NCBI GenBank assembly: GCA_963816975.1
Contig: CAWFMD010000006.1
Coordinates: 1,595,008-1,659,007, forward strand
Reading direction: 5' to 3'
Source: an uncultured Solirubrobacterales bacterium
GTDB taxonomy: Bacteria; Actinomycetota; Thermoleophilia; Solirubrobacterales; JBBDJG01
Length of the DNA: 64,000 nucleotides
Shown here: piece by piece, positions 32,325 to 42,900 of the stretch
How positions within the stretch are numbered: the first letter of the stretch is position 1
Layout of the letters: every line of letters begins with the position of its first letter
Made by a program: the position numbers and the translations under genes
Notes under the pieces: model-generated
Seen by the model: the letters and a program-made list of their open reading frames with translations, nothing else
Database searches by the model: none
Told to the model about the DNA's origin: nothing

Positions 32325-33521
32325 ATGAGCCAGCCGGCGACACCCTTCGGGACGGGCGTCCAGCGCTTCAGCGAGCCGCGCCGGCGGCTGCTGCGGCTGG
32401 ACCTGCTCGTGCTGCTCGCGACGTTCGGTCTGATCGCTTTCAGCCTCGTGACGCTCGACACGGCGACCGCGGCCGACGTCCCGGGCTCGCCGGACTACTT
32501 CGTGATCCGCCAGGCGCTCTACGCGGTCATCGGGCTCGCGCTGATGCTGCTGCTCGCGTCGATCGACTACTCGCGCTTCCGCGAGCTGCGGGTGGGCCTG
32601 TACGCATCGATGATCGGCCTGATCCTGCTGGTGCTGGGCGTGGCGGGCGCGACCCGCGGCTCGCGGCGCTGGATCGAGCTCTCCTTCTTCCGCTTTCAGC
32701 CATCGGAGCTCGGCAAGGTGCTGCTGATCCTCGCCCTGTCGGCGTTCATCATCGACCGCCTGCGCCGTCTGGGCGAGCGCGAGACGACTTCACGGATCAT
32801 GCTGCTGGCGCTGCTGCCGACACTGTTGGTGATGGCTCAGCCGGATCTCGGCACCAGCATCGTGTACGTGACGATCGCGCTCGCGCTGCTGTTCGTGGCC
32901 GGCACGCGGTGGACCCATTTTGCCGCGCTGGGCGGCCTCGCGGCCGCCGCGGTGGCGATCGCTTTCGTGATCGCGCCCGCGGCCGGAGTACCGTTGTTGA
33001 AGGATTACCAGAAGGATCGCCTCACGGCGTTCCTTGAAAAGGACAATGCAGACCCCGCCAGCCAGGGCTATCAGCTCAACCAGGCAGAGACAGCGATCGG
33101 GTCCGGCCGCAAGACCGGCCGGGGCACCGAGCGCGCGACGCAGACCCGCCTGGACTTCCTCCCGGAAAGCCGCACCGACTTCGTGTTCGCGGCCGTCGGG
33201 GAGCTGTACGGCTTCGTTGGTGCGGGCATAGTTTTGTCCCTGTATGCCCTGCTGATCTGGCGCTCGTTACGGATCCTCACGATCGCCAAGAACCTCTACG
33301 GGGCCCTGCTGGCCGCCGGAGTCGGCGCCATGCTGTTGACACAGGTGTTCGTGAACGTCGGCGGCAATGTCGGGATCATGCCCATCACGGGCATCCCGCT
33401 GCCGCTGATGAGCTATGGCGGCTCGTCCGTGATCGTGACGTTGATCGCCCTGGGGATCCTGCAAAGCGTGTACGTGCAGGCGAAGGAAGCCGCGGCCTCC
33501 AAACCGGAGGTGCTCGCATGA
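32325..33521 (+). CDS. rodA: Rod shape-determining protein RodA (SEDS)
   Basis: GSRRWI, FQPSELGK, QPDLGT, PESRTDFVFA, GIPLPLMSYGGSS. Confidence 0.96.
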   Translation: MSQPATPFGTGVQRFSEPRRRLLRLDLLVLLATFGLIAFSLVTLDTATAADVPGSPDYFVIRQALYAVIGLALMLLLASIDYSRFRELRVGLYASMIGLILLVLGVAGATRGSRRWIELSFFRFQPSELGKVLLILALSAFIIDRLRRLGERETTSRIMLLALLPTLLVMAQPDLGTSIVYVTIALALLFVAGTRWTHFAALGGLAAAAVAIAFVIAPAAGVPLLKDYQKDRLTAFLEKDNADPASQGYQLNQAETAIGSGRKTGRGTERATQTRLDFLPESRTDFVFAAVGELYGFVGAGIVLSLYALLIWRSLRILTIAKNLYGALLAAGVGAMLLTQVFVNVGGNVGIMPITGIPLPLMSYGGSSVIVTLIALGILQSVYVQAKEAAASKPEVLA

Positions 33522-33575
33522 CGCCCTCGCCGCGCGACCCGCGAAATGGAAGTTCGAAGTTCCAAAGGAGATTTG

Positions 33576-35585
33576 ATGCGTAAGCAGGTATTGGTATCCG
33601 TCGACCGCGGGGAGACCCGCGTCGCGATACTCGAAAGCAAGAAGGCCGCGGCACGCGCGGGGACGCAGACCAAGCCCTCGAAGGGCGCGCCACAGGTCGA
33701 TCAGGAATGGCGGGTGGGCGAGCTCTACATAGAGCGCCGCGGCCGCCGCTCGATCGTCGGCAACGTCTACAAGGGCCGCGTCGACAACGTGCTGGGAGGG
33801 ATGGAGGCGGCCTTCGTCGACATCGGCCTCGAGAAGAACGGCTTCCTGCACGTCGACGAGATCGTCACGCCCGACGGCGAGACCCAGCGCCGCGGACGCG
33901 GCCGTGGTCGCGGCGGCCCGCGGATCTCCGACCTGCTGAAGGCGGGCCAGGAGATCGTCGTGCAGGTCACGAAGGACCCGTTCGGGACGAAGGGCGCGCG
34001 CCTCTCGATGGAGGTCTCGATTCCGGGCCGCTACCTCGTGTACGTGCCCGACGGCGACGGCGTCGGAGTGTCGCGCCGCCTGCCGGACAAGGAGCGGGAG
34101 CGGCTGCGCAAGCTCGCCGCCGGGCTCAAGCTGAAGGATGCGGGGCTGATAATTCGCACGGCGGCGGTGGGTGCGCGCAAGAGCGACATGGAGCGCGAGC
34201 TGCAGTACCTGTTCCGCCTCCATGAGGTGCTCCAGAACCGCGTCGAGGAGTCTCGCGGGCCGACGATGGTGTTCCAGGAGGCAGACCTCCCGATCCGGGT
34301 CGTACGGGACGTGTACTCGCGCGAGTTCGAGCGCGCCGTGATCGACGACCCCAAGCAGCACCACCGCATGTCCAGCTTCTTCACCCGCACCGCGCCGGAA
34401 CTGGTCGACCGCGTCGAGCTGTATGAGGGCGACGACCTGTTCCAGAGCTCCGGTGTGAACGACGTGTTCAACCAGACGCTCTCGCGGCGCGTGGACCTGC
34501 CGCACGGCGGCTACCTGATGATCGACCACGCCGAGGCGCTGACGGTGATCGACGTCAACACCGGCAGCTACACCGGCCGCGGCAAGGGGTCCCTCGAGGA
34601 CACGATCGTGAAGACGAACCTCCAGGCCGCCGAGGAGGTCGTGCGCCAGCTGCGGCTGCGCGACATCGGGGGCATCATCGTGATCGACTTCATCGACATG
34701 GCGTACACGCGCAACCGCGACAAGGTCCTGGGGGTGCTGAAGACTGCGCTCGAAGGCGACCGCACCCGCACGCACGTGGTGGAGATCTCGCCGCTCGGGC
34801 TCGTCGAGATGACTCGGCAGAACGTGTCGGAGGGCGTGCGCGAGATCATGAACAAGACCTGTCCGACCTGCGACGGTGAAGGTGTCGTGCGCTCGGAGGA
34901 GACGATCGCGATCGACGTCGAGCGCGGCCTGCGCAAGATGGCCAAGGAGACCAAGGCCGAGGCCTTCCTCGTGCAGGTCCACCCGCGCGTGGCCGCGATC
35001 CTGATCGGCGGCGGCGGCAAGCCGCTGCGCGAGCTCGAGGTCGAGACCGGAAAGCTCTTCCATTTCCAGGGCTCGGAGGGCATCCCGCTCGACACGTTCA
35101 GGATCACGTCCGAGGGCACCAGGGACGAGATCGAGGAGCGGGCGCTGCCCTTCAAGCAGGGCGAGGAGGTCCTGATCCGGATCGAGGAGCCCCACATGTA
35201 CAACATCGACGACGCGATCGCCAAGATCGACGGCTACGTGATCTCGGTGGCCGGCGGCGGGCCGTTCGTCGGTGAGAGCAAGCTGATCAAGATCGACGAG
35301 GTGAAGCGCACCGCGGCCTACGCGAGCATCGTCACCGGCAACGGCGTGCCCGAGACGCAGCCGAAGCCGCAGGCGCGGAAGCGGGCCCCGGCCCGCAGGG
35401 AAGAGGTCGTCAAGGCGCCTGCGAGCGCCGAGACCGAGGCCGACGACGCACCGGAGGAAGAGGGCGGCAAGCTACAATCGAACGGCTCCGCGAGCAGACG
35501 CCGCCGGGGCCGCAGAGGCGGTCGGCGGCGTTCCGGCGCGCGGGGCGGCGGCGGTGCCTCAAGCAGCGGGGGCGGGACCGACTGA
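33576..35585 (+). CDS. Ribonuclease E/G family with C-terminal TRAM domain
   Basis: AAGGAG RBS. S1 domain (AAFVDIGLEKNGFLH), KGARLS, IDVNTG, LRDIGGIIVIDFIDM, CPTC, TRAM-like segment and Arg-rich tail. Confidence 0.95.
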   Translation: MRKQVLVSVDRGETRVAILESKKAAARAGTQTKPSKGAPQVDQEWRVGELYIERRGRRSIVGNVYKGRVDNVLGGMEAAFVDIGLEKNGFLHVDEIVTPDGETQRRGRGRGRGGPRISDLLKAGQEIVVQVTKDPFGTKGARLSMEVSIPGRYLVYVPDGDGVGVSRRLPDKERERLRKLAAGLKLKDAGLIIRTAAVGARKSDMERELQYLFRLHEVLQNRVEESRGPTMVFQEADLPIRVVRDVYSREFERAVIDDPKQHHRMSSFFTRTAPELVDRVELYEGDDLFQSSGVNDVFNQTLSRRVDLPHGGYLMIDHAEALTVIDVNTGSYTGRGKGSLEDTIVKTNLQAAEEVVRQLRLRDIGGIIVIDFIDMAYTRNRDKVLGVLKTALEGDRTRTHVVEISPLGLVEMTRQNVSEGVREIMNKTCPTCDGEGVVRSEETIAIDVERGLRKMAKETKAEAFLVQVHPRVAAILIGGGGKPLRELEVETGKLFHFQGSEGIPLDTFRITSEGTRDEIEERALPFKQGEEVLIRIEEPHMYNIDDAIAKIDGYVISVAGGGPFVGESKLIKIDEVKRTAAYASIVTGNGVPETQPKPQARKRAPARREEVVKAPASAETEADDAPEEEGGKLQSNGSASRRRRGRRGGRRRSGARGGGGASSSGGGTD

Positions 35586-35590
35586 CACCC

Positions 35591-36058
35591 ATGACCTACG
35601 CGATCATCGAAATGGGCGGAAAGCAGTACCGCGTGGCGGAGGGGGACTCGATCCTCGTCGACCGCGTGGGCCAGGACGAGGGCGCGAAGGTGTCGCCCCG
35701 TGCGCTGCTGTTCGCCGACGGGAAGACCGCGGTGATCGACGGCGCGGACCTCGGCAAGGTGAAGGTCGAGGCCGTCGTGACCGAGCATCTGAAGGGGCCG
35801 AAGATCCGCGTCGCCACTTACCGTCCCAAGAAGCGGCACAAGCGGCAGATGGGCCACCGCTCGCACTTGTCGCGCGTCGAGATCAGGAAAATAACCGGCC
35901 CCGCCAAGGCGGGGACCGGGTCGGCGGCGGGACGAGCCCCCGCCAAGGCGGAAACCGGGTCGGCGGCGGGACGAGCCCCCGCCAAGGCGGAGACCGGGTC
36001 GGCGGCGGGACGGTCGCAGCGCAAGACGGAAGGCGAGAAAGAGACCGATGGCACATAA
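35591..36058 (+). CDS. rplU: 50S ribosomal protein bL21 with repetitive C-terminal extension
   Basis: [24 protein letters not shown]. Confidence 0.96.
   Translation: MTYAIIEMGGKQYRVAEGDSILVDRVGQDEGAKVSPRALLFADGKTAVIDGADLGKVKVEAVVTEHLKGPKIRVATYRPKKRHKRQMGHRSHLSRVEIRKITGPAKAGTGSAAGRAPAKAETGSAAGRAPAKAETGSAAGRSQRKTEGEKETDGT
35900..36013 (+). repeat. Tandem repeat, about 3 x 39 nt ([13 protein letters not shown]), inside rplU
   Basis: Units start at 35900, 35939 and 35978 and differ essentially only in the codon for residue x (GGG/GAA/GAG); the third unit is truncated. Confidence 0.95.
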
Positions 36059-36302
36059 AAAGGGACTTGGATCGAGCCGCAACGGCCGCGACTCCCAGGC
36101 CAAGCGCCTCGGCGTGAAGGTATTCGCGGGACAGCGGGTGACCGGCGGGGAGATCATCGTGCGCCAGCGCGGCACGCGTTTCAAGCCGGGCCCCGGCGCC
36201 GGCATCGGCCGCGACGACACGATCTTCGCCACGGCGGCGGGCATCGTCGAGTTCAAGACGGGCCGCCACGGCCGCCTGATCTCAGTCGTTTCTGCCGAAT
36301 AG
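36048..36302 (+). CDS. rpmA: 50S ribosomal protein bL27
   Basis: [26 protein letters not shown]. Confidence 0.98.
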   Translation: MAHKKGLGSSRNGRDSQAKRLGVKVFAGQRVTGGEIIVRQRGTRFKPGPGAGIGRDDTIFATAAGIVEFKTGRHGRLISVVSAE

Positions 36303-36343
36303 GTCCTCCCGCGTCACACGTTGGCGGGCAAGACACGGGGTAG

Positions 36344-37678
<1,335 letters not shown>

Positions 37679-38779
37679 ATGCCCCTGACCGTCGTAAAGC
37701 TGGGCTCCACGCTCGTCGCCGACGACGCCGGTGACGTGCGCGCCGACGTGCTGCGCGAGGTGTGCCGTCAGGTCGGGGCGATCCATGCGGACGGCGACGC
37801 CGCGACGCTCGTCACGTCCGGCGCGATCGCGCTCGGCATGCGCCGCATGGGGATGCCGTTGCGCCCCTCCGCGATCGAGGAGCTGCAGGCCGCGTCCGCG
37901 GTCGGGCAGGGTCCGTTGTACGACGTATACGCCGGCCTGCTCGGCGAGCACGGCGTGAGCGCGGCGCAGGTGCTCCTCACCTTCTTCGACGTGTCGGCCC
38001 GGGAGCAGTACGTGAACGCGCGGCGCACCCTCGCGAAGCTGCTCGAGTGGGCCGTCGTGCCGATCGTCAACGAGAACGACACGACCGCGACGGACGAGAT
38101 CACGTTCGGCGACAACGACATCCTTGCGGCCCAGGTGGCGATCCTGATCTCCGCGGACCTGCTGGTCGTCCTCTCGGACGTGGACGGTCTGTTCAGAAGC
38201 GATCCGGCCCGCGACCCGCGGGCGGCGCTCGTCGCCGAGGTGCACGATCTCGCCGAGCTGGACGACTACGAGATCGGGATGTCCAGCTCGCACGTCGGCT
38301 CGGGCGGGATGCGGAGCAAGGTCCTGTGCGCGGAGATGGCGACCGCGGCGGGCATCCCGGTCGTGATCTGCAACGGCACCGAGCCGGGGGCGCTGTTGCG
38401 GGCCGCGCGCGGCGAGCCCGGCGGTACGCGCTTCCACCCCCAGGCCAAGCGCCAGTCGAGCTTCAAGTTGTGGCTGCGCTATGCGAAGTCGTCGAGCGGA
38501 GTCGTGCGGGTCGACGCCGGCGCGGAGCGCGCGCTGCGCGAGCAGGGGACGAGCCTGCTGCCCGTCGGAGTGGTCGCGGTCGAGGGGCAGTTCGAGGCCG
38601 GCGACGCGGTCGACGTCGTCTCCGCGGGCGACGGGGACCGGCGCATCGGCAAGGGCATCGTCAAGCTGTCGGCCGCGGAGCTGAGGCGCGTGAAGGGCAT
38701 GAAGTCGGCCCAGGTGCGCGAGCTGCTGCCGCGCGCCGGCGAGGAGGCGGTGCACCGCGACTACTTCGTGCTCGGCTGA
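37679..38779 (+). CDS. proB: Glutamate 5-kinase with PUA domain
   Basis: VVKLGS, VTSGAI, PIVNEND, FGDND, GSGGMRSK, VHRD. Confidence 0.96.
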   Translation: MPLTVVKLGSTLVADDAGDVRADVLREVCRQVGAIHADGDAATLVTSGAIALGMRRMGMPLRPSAIEELQAASAVGQGPLYDVYAGLLGEHGVSAAQVLLTFFDVSAREQYVNARRTLAKLLEWAVVPIVNENDTTATDEITFGDNDILAAQVAILISADLLVVLSDVDGLFRSDPARDPRAALVAEVHDLAELDDYEIGMSSSHVGSGGMRSKVLCAEMATAAGIPVVICNGTEPGALLRAARGEPGGTRFHPQAKRQSSFKLWLRYAKSSSGVVRVDAGAERALREQGTSLLPVGVVAVEGQFEAGDAVDVVSAGDGDRRIGKGIVKLSAAELRRVKGMKSAQVRELLPRAGEEAVHRDYFVLG

Positions 38780-38830
38780 GCGTCCCGCTCCGGGCGAGCC
38801 GTGCCCGATCCGTGCAGGTATGCTCGAACC

Positions 38831-38902
38831 ATGACGCCTGCCGAGACAGCGAACGGAGCCGGGCTCACCGCCGCGCATCGCTCGCTGCACCAGCGCGCGT
38901 AG
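38831..38902 (+). CDS. Candidate leaderless micro-ORF (23 aa, MTPAETANGAGLTAAHRSLHQRA)
   Basis: TATGCT at 38819-38824, 6 nt before the ATG. Stops 17 nt before the carbamoyltransferase start. Confidence 0.3.
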   Translation: MTPAETANGAGLTAAHRSLHQRA

Positions 38903-38919
38903 GGCAAAGCCGGCGAGCT

Positions 38920-40548
38920 GTGCTGATCCTCGCGGTGAAACCCGGGCACGACGGCGCCGTGGCCGCGCTCCAGGACCGCGAGCTGCTGTTCTCGCTGGAG
39001 GCGGAGAAGGACTCCTTCCGGCGCCACCGGAGGCTCGACGTGAGCACCATCATGAGCGCCGCGGAGCACCTCGGCGAGCCGCCTGACGTGGTCGCCGCCG
39101 GAGGCTGGGACTGGATTCACCACGCCGTCGGGGCCGGCTACATGGGCGTCGACGACCAGACCGTGATCCGGGAGCCGCGCAAGATGTTCGGGAAGGAGGT
39201 CAGCTTCTTCTCCTCCTCGCACGAGCGTTCCCACCTCGCGATGGCGATCGGCATGGCCCCGCGCGACGACGCGCGGCAGCGCGCAGTGTTGATCTGGGAG
39301 GGTCACGTTGGTCATCTCTACCTGGTCGAGGGCGCAACGAAGGTGGTCAAGCGCATCGAGGTGCTGAAGCAGCCCGGCCGCCGCTGGGCGTTCCTGTTCG
39401 CGCTCGCCGATCCGAGCTTCCCCGATCGCGGCGCGCGCCACCGCCGGGAGGACAGCGGCAAGCTGATGGCGCTGGCGGCATTCGGCGACGCGGCCGACGC
39501 CGACGCCGGTGTGGCCGACACGATCGAGCGGATCCTCGCGAGCGACTCCGGCATTCACTGGTCACCCTCTCCCAAGCACGAGTTCAGGGACTCGCCGGTC
39601 TACAACGCGGGCATCGAGTCGGAGGTCACCAAGGTCGCGGCGGCACGGCTCACGGCCCGGATGTTCGAGGTCTACCGCGATGCGGCGCTCGAGCACCTCC
39701 CGGCCGGGATACCGCTGCACATATCCGGGGGCTGCGGGCTCAACTGCGACTGGAACGCCAAGTGGCGAGAGCTCGGCCACTTCTCCTCGGTGTTCGTGCC
39801 GCCCTGCACGGACGACTCCGGCTCGGCGCTCGGAACCGCGATCGACGCGCTCGCGGCGGCGACCGGCGATCCATACATCGACTGGGACGTGTACAGCGGT
39901 CTCGACTTCATCTGGGATCGCGAGCCCGGCCCGGCCCGGTGGAAGCGACGCACCGCCGACGACGCGGACCTGGCGGAGGCGATCGCGTCCGGACGGGTGG
40001 TCGCCTGGGTACAGGGGCGGTGGGAGATCGGGCCACGGGCCCTGTGCAATCGCTCGCTGCTCGCCGAGCCCTTCAGCGCCGGCACGCGTGACCGCCTGAA
40101 CGAGATCAAGCAGCGAGAGGGCTACAGGCCGATTGCACCGGTCTGCCGCAGCGAGGACGCCGGGCGGCTGTTCGCCGACGGCTTCGAGGACCCGTACATG
40201 CTGTACTTCCAGCGCGTTGCGTCCGGCGACCTGGGGGCGGTGACGCACGTCGACGGCTCGGCGCGCGTGCAGACGGTGACGCCGCGTGCCAACCAGCGGA
40301 TGTACGACCTGCTGTCGGCCTTCGCTGCCCGCACCGGGGTGGGCGTGATGTGCAACACGTCGCTGAACTTCAGCAGCTTCGGCTTCATCAACCGCATGTC
40401 GAACCTCATCCAGTACTGCCAGCAGCGGGGGATCTCGGACATGGTCGTGGGAGACGCCTGGTACGAGCGCGTGCCCGAGCGCGAGGTGATCAGCATCCCG
40501 GGGGGGACACGACAGGGCGAGTCCCTGCGGCGCACGGTGAAGGGTTAG
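38920..40548 (+). CDS. Carbamoyltransferase, NodU/CmcH family
   Basis: Kae1-like N-domain (GHDG, HERSH, GKLMALA, SGGCGLNCDWN, DDSGSALG) and YrdC-like C-domain (EIGPRALCNRS, KQREGYRPIAP, THVDGSARVQTV, NTSLN). Confidence 0.9.
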   Translation: MLILAVKPGHDGAVAALQDRELLFSLEAEKDSFRRHRRLDVSTIMSAAEHLGEPPDVVAAGGWDWIHHAVGAGYMGVDDQTVIREPRKMFGKEVSFFSSSHERSHLAMAIGMAPRDDARQRAVLIWEGHVGHLYLVEGATKVVKRIEVLKQPGRRWAFLFALADPSFPDRGARHRREDSGKLMALAAFGDAADADAGVADTIERILASDSGIHWSPSPKHEFRDSPVYNAGIESEVTKVAAARLTARMFEVYRDAALEHLPAGIPLHISGGCGLNCDWNAKWRELGHFSSVFVPPCTDDSGSALGTAIDALAAATGDPYIDWDVYSGLDFIWDREPGPARWKRRTADDADLAEAIASGRVVAWVQGRWEIGPRALCNRSLLAEPFSAGTRDRLNEIKQREGYRPIAPVCRSEDAGRLFADGFEDPYMLYFQRVASGDLGAVTHVDGSARVQTVTPRANQRMYDLLSAFAARTGVGVMCNTSLNFSSFGFINRMSNLIQYCQQRGISDMVVGDAWYERVPEREVISIPGGTRQGESLRRTVKG

Positions 40549-40598
40549 CCCGCAGCCGCAGCGGGGCGCGCGAGCGGCTGCCCGGTACCCTTCTCTGA

Positions 40599-41870
40599 AT
40601 GGCGACCCAGGTGAGATCGGTCGAGGAGACCTGCGCCCAGGCCAAGCAGGCGGCGCTGAAGCTCGCGACGCTCGATTCCGAGGTCAAGGACGCCGCGCTG
40701 CGCGCGGTCGCCCATGCGCTCGAGGGCGGCGTCGCGGAGATCGTCGAGGCCAACGCGATCGATCTGGAGGCGGGCCGCGCCGCCGGGCTGAACGATGCCC
40801 TGATCGATCGGCTGACGCTCGACGCCGAGCGGGTGCGGGGCATGGCCGCCGGCGTGCGCGCGATCGTCGAGCTGGACGACCCGGTCGGTGAGGAGCTCGA
40901 GGCGCGCACCCTCTACAACGGCCTCGAGCTGCGGAAGATTCGCGTGCCCCTGGGCGTCGTCGCGATCGTCTACGAAGCACGCCCGAACGTGACCGTCGAC
41001 GCCGCTGCGCTCGCGATCAAGTCGGGGAACGCCGTCGTGCTGCGGGGATCCTCGACGGCCGAGCGCTCGAACGCGGTGCTCGCCGCGATCGTCGCCGAGG
41101 CCGCGGAGGGAGCCGGCCTGCCCCAGGGATCGGTTGCGCTGATCGGTGGCGGCGACCGCGCCGAGCTCGCCGAGCTGGCGCGGCAGGACCGCTACGTGGA
41201 CCTGATCATCCCGCGCGGCGGCGGCGGGCTGAAGGAGGCGCTGAAGAGTGGCGCGACCGTTCCGGTGATCTTCGCCGCCGCGGGAAACTGCCACGTGTAC
41301 GTGGACGCCGCAGCGGATGTCCCGATGGCCCAGCGCATCGCCTACAACGCCAAGGTGCACCGGCCGGGCGTGTGCAACTCGGCCGAGACCCTGCTGGTCC
41401 ATTCCGACCTTGCGCGGCAGGTGCTGCCCGCCCTGATGGAGAAGCTGCGCGAGGCCGGCGTCGAGCTGCGCGTGGATTCGCGCACGCGCGCCCTCGCGGG
41501 GCCCGCCGGCGACGGCCTGGTGGCGGCCACCGACGAGGATTGGGACACCGAGTATCTCGGCATGACGATGGCGATCAAGGTGGTCGACGGCATCGACGAG
41601 GCGATCGACCACATCAACCGCCACGGGACCGGGCACTCGGAGGCGATCGTGACCGCGGACGACGACGCGGCGCGGCTCTTCACCAGCACCGTGGACGCGG
41701 CCTGCGTGTACGTGAACGCATCGACGCGCTTCACGGACGGAGGCGAGTTCGGGATGGGCGCCGAGATGGGCAACTCGACGCAGAAGCTGCACGCGCGCGG
41801 CCCGATCGCGCTGCGCGAGCTGACGACCTCGAAGTACGTCGTGCACGGTACGGGACAGGTACGCGAGTAG
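40599..41870 (+). CDS. proA: Gamma-glutamyl phosphate reductase
   Basis: VPLGVVAIVYEARPNVT, CNSAETLL, NASTRFTDGGEFG, QKLHARGP. Confidence 0.97.
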   Translation: MATQVRSVEETCAQAKQAALKLATLDSEVKDAALRAVAHALEGGVAEIVEANAIDLEAGRAAGLNDALIDRLTLDAERVRGMAAGVRAIVELDDPVGEELEARTLYNGLELRKIRVPLGVVAIVYEARPNVTVDAAALAIKSGNAVVLRGSSTAERSNAVLAAIVAEAAEGAGLPQGSVALIGGGDRAELAELARQDRYVDLIIPRGGGGLKEALKSGATVPVIFAAAGNCHVYVDAAADVPMAQRIAYNAKVHRPGVCNSAETLLVHSDLARQVLPALMEKLREAGVELRVDSRTRALAGPAGDGLVAATDEDWDTEYLGMTMAIKVVDGIDEAIDHINRHGTGHSEAIVTADDDAARLFTSTVDAACVYVNASTRFTDGGEFGMGAEMGNSTQKLHARGPIALRELTTSKYVVHGTGQVRE

Positions 41871-41891
41871 CACCCTGCGGAGCGTTCGAAG

Positions 41892-42485
41892 CTGCGACTT
41901 GGAATCCTCGGAGGCGTCTTCAACCCGCCGCACATCGGTCACATGGTGTGCGCGCAGGAGGCGTGTTGGCAGCTGGGGCTGGACGGCGTCGTGCTGATGC
42001 CGCTGGGACGCGCCTCCCATCGCGTGATCGAGCACGACCCCGGCCGGGAGGAGCGCTATCGCCTGTGCGAGGCGGCCGCCGCGGGCGTGGACTGGCTGAC
42101 GGTCTCGCGCGTCGAGGTGGACCGCACGGGCGAGACCTTCACCGTGGACACGCTGGAGGAGCTGCGGACCGCAGACCCCGATGCCGAGTACGTGTTCGTG
42201 CTGGGGGCCGACCAGGCCGTGCGCCTGGAGAGCTGGCGCGCGCCCGCGCGGGTGTTGGAGCTGACCCGCCTGGCGGTCGCGGAGCGCGCCGGGGTCCCCA
42301 TCGCCGACGTACTGGCGGCGGTCGCGCGGCTCGGCGGCGAGGGTCGCGTGACGACCTTCTCGATGCCGCGCGTCGACGTGTCGTCGACCGTGGTGCGCGA
42401 GCGCGCGGCCGCGGGCCGGCCCTACCGGTTCCTGGTGCCTGAGCGCGTGGCTGAGCTGATCGAGCGCGAGGGCCTGTACCGGTGA
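41892..42485 (+). CDS. nadD: Nicotinate-nucleotide adenylyltransferase (apparent CTG start)
   Basis: RLGILGGVFNPPHIGH lies upstream of the called ATG at 41943. Also FTVDTL, VLGAD, VSSTVVR. No ATG/GTG/TTG in frame between the proA stop and this motif. Confidence 0.92.
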   Translation: MRLGILGGVFNPPHIGHMVCAQEACWQLGLDGVVLMPLGRASHRVIEHDPGREERYRLCEAAAAGVDWLTVSRVEVDRTGETFTVDTLEELRTADPDAEYVFVLGADQAVRLESWRAPARVLELTRLAVAERAGVPIADVLAAVARLGGEGRVTTFSMPRVDVSSTVVRERAAAGRPYRFLVPERVAELIEREGLYR

Positions 42486-42868
42486 GCGCCGAGGTGCAGA
42501 AGGCACTCTCCTCCGAAGCGCTGGCGCGGCGCATCGCGGCGGTGGCGCTCGACAGGAAGGCGCGCGACGTGGTCGTGCTGGACATGCGCGACGTCGTCTC
42601 CTACACCGACTTCCTGGTGATCGCGACCGGCAACACGGAGCGCCAGACGCACGCGATCGAGGACGCGGTCCACCAGGACCTCAAACACGCCGACGAGGGG
42701 GGACGCACGCCGCGGCGCGTCGAGGGCCGCGCGGAAGGTCGCTGGATCCTGATGGACTACTTCGACGCCGTCGTGCACATCTTCACGCCCGCCGCGCGCG
42801 AGTACTACCGGCTCGAGACGCTGTGGGGAGAGGTCCCGGAGCTCGAGGTCGGGGCGGGTTCGGCGTAG
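42482..42868 (+). CDS. rsfS: Ribosome silencing factor
   Basis: KARDVVVLD, DFLVIATG, WILMDY.D.VVHIF, YYRLETLW. Follows nadD. Confidence 0.95.
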   Translation: MSAEVQKALSSEALARRIAAVALDRKARDVVVLDMRDVVSYTDFLVIATGNTERQTHAIEDAVHQDLKHADEGGRTPRRVEGRAEGRWILMDYFDAVVHIFTPAAREYYRLETLWGEVPELEVGAGSA

Positions 42869-42900
42869 CTCCCGGCAGCACTGTCCATCCGCATCGGATG

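Noticed and set aside
35900-36013. CRISPR array
   Set aside because: Head-to-tail in-frame coding repeats with no spacers and no cas genes. No CRISPR array seen anywhere in the window.
37762-38919. 928-aa carbamoyltransferase with a long N-terminal domain
   Set aside because: The first ~386 codons are mostly an alternative frame of proB with Arg/Gly-rich non-protein composition. Family motifs begin at 38920.
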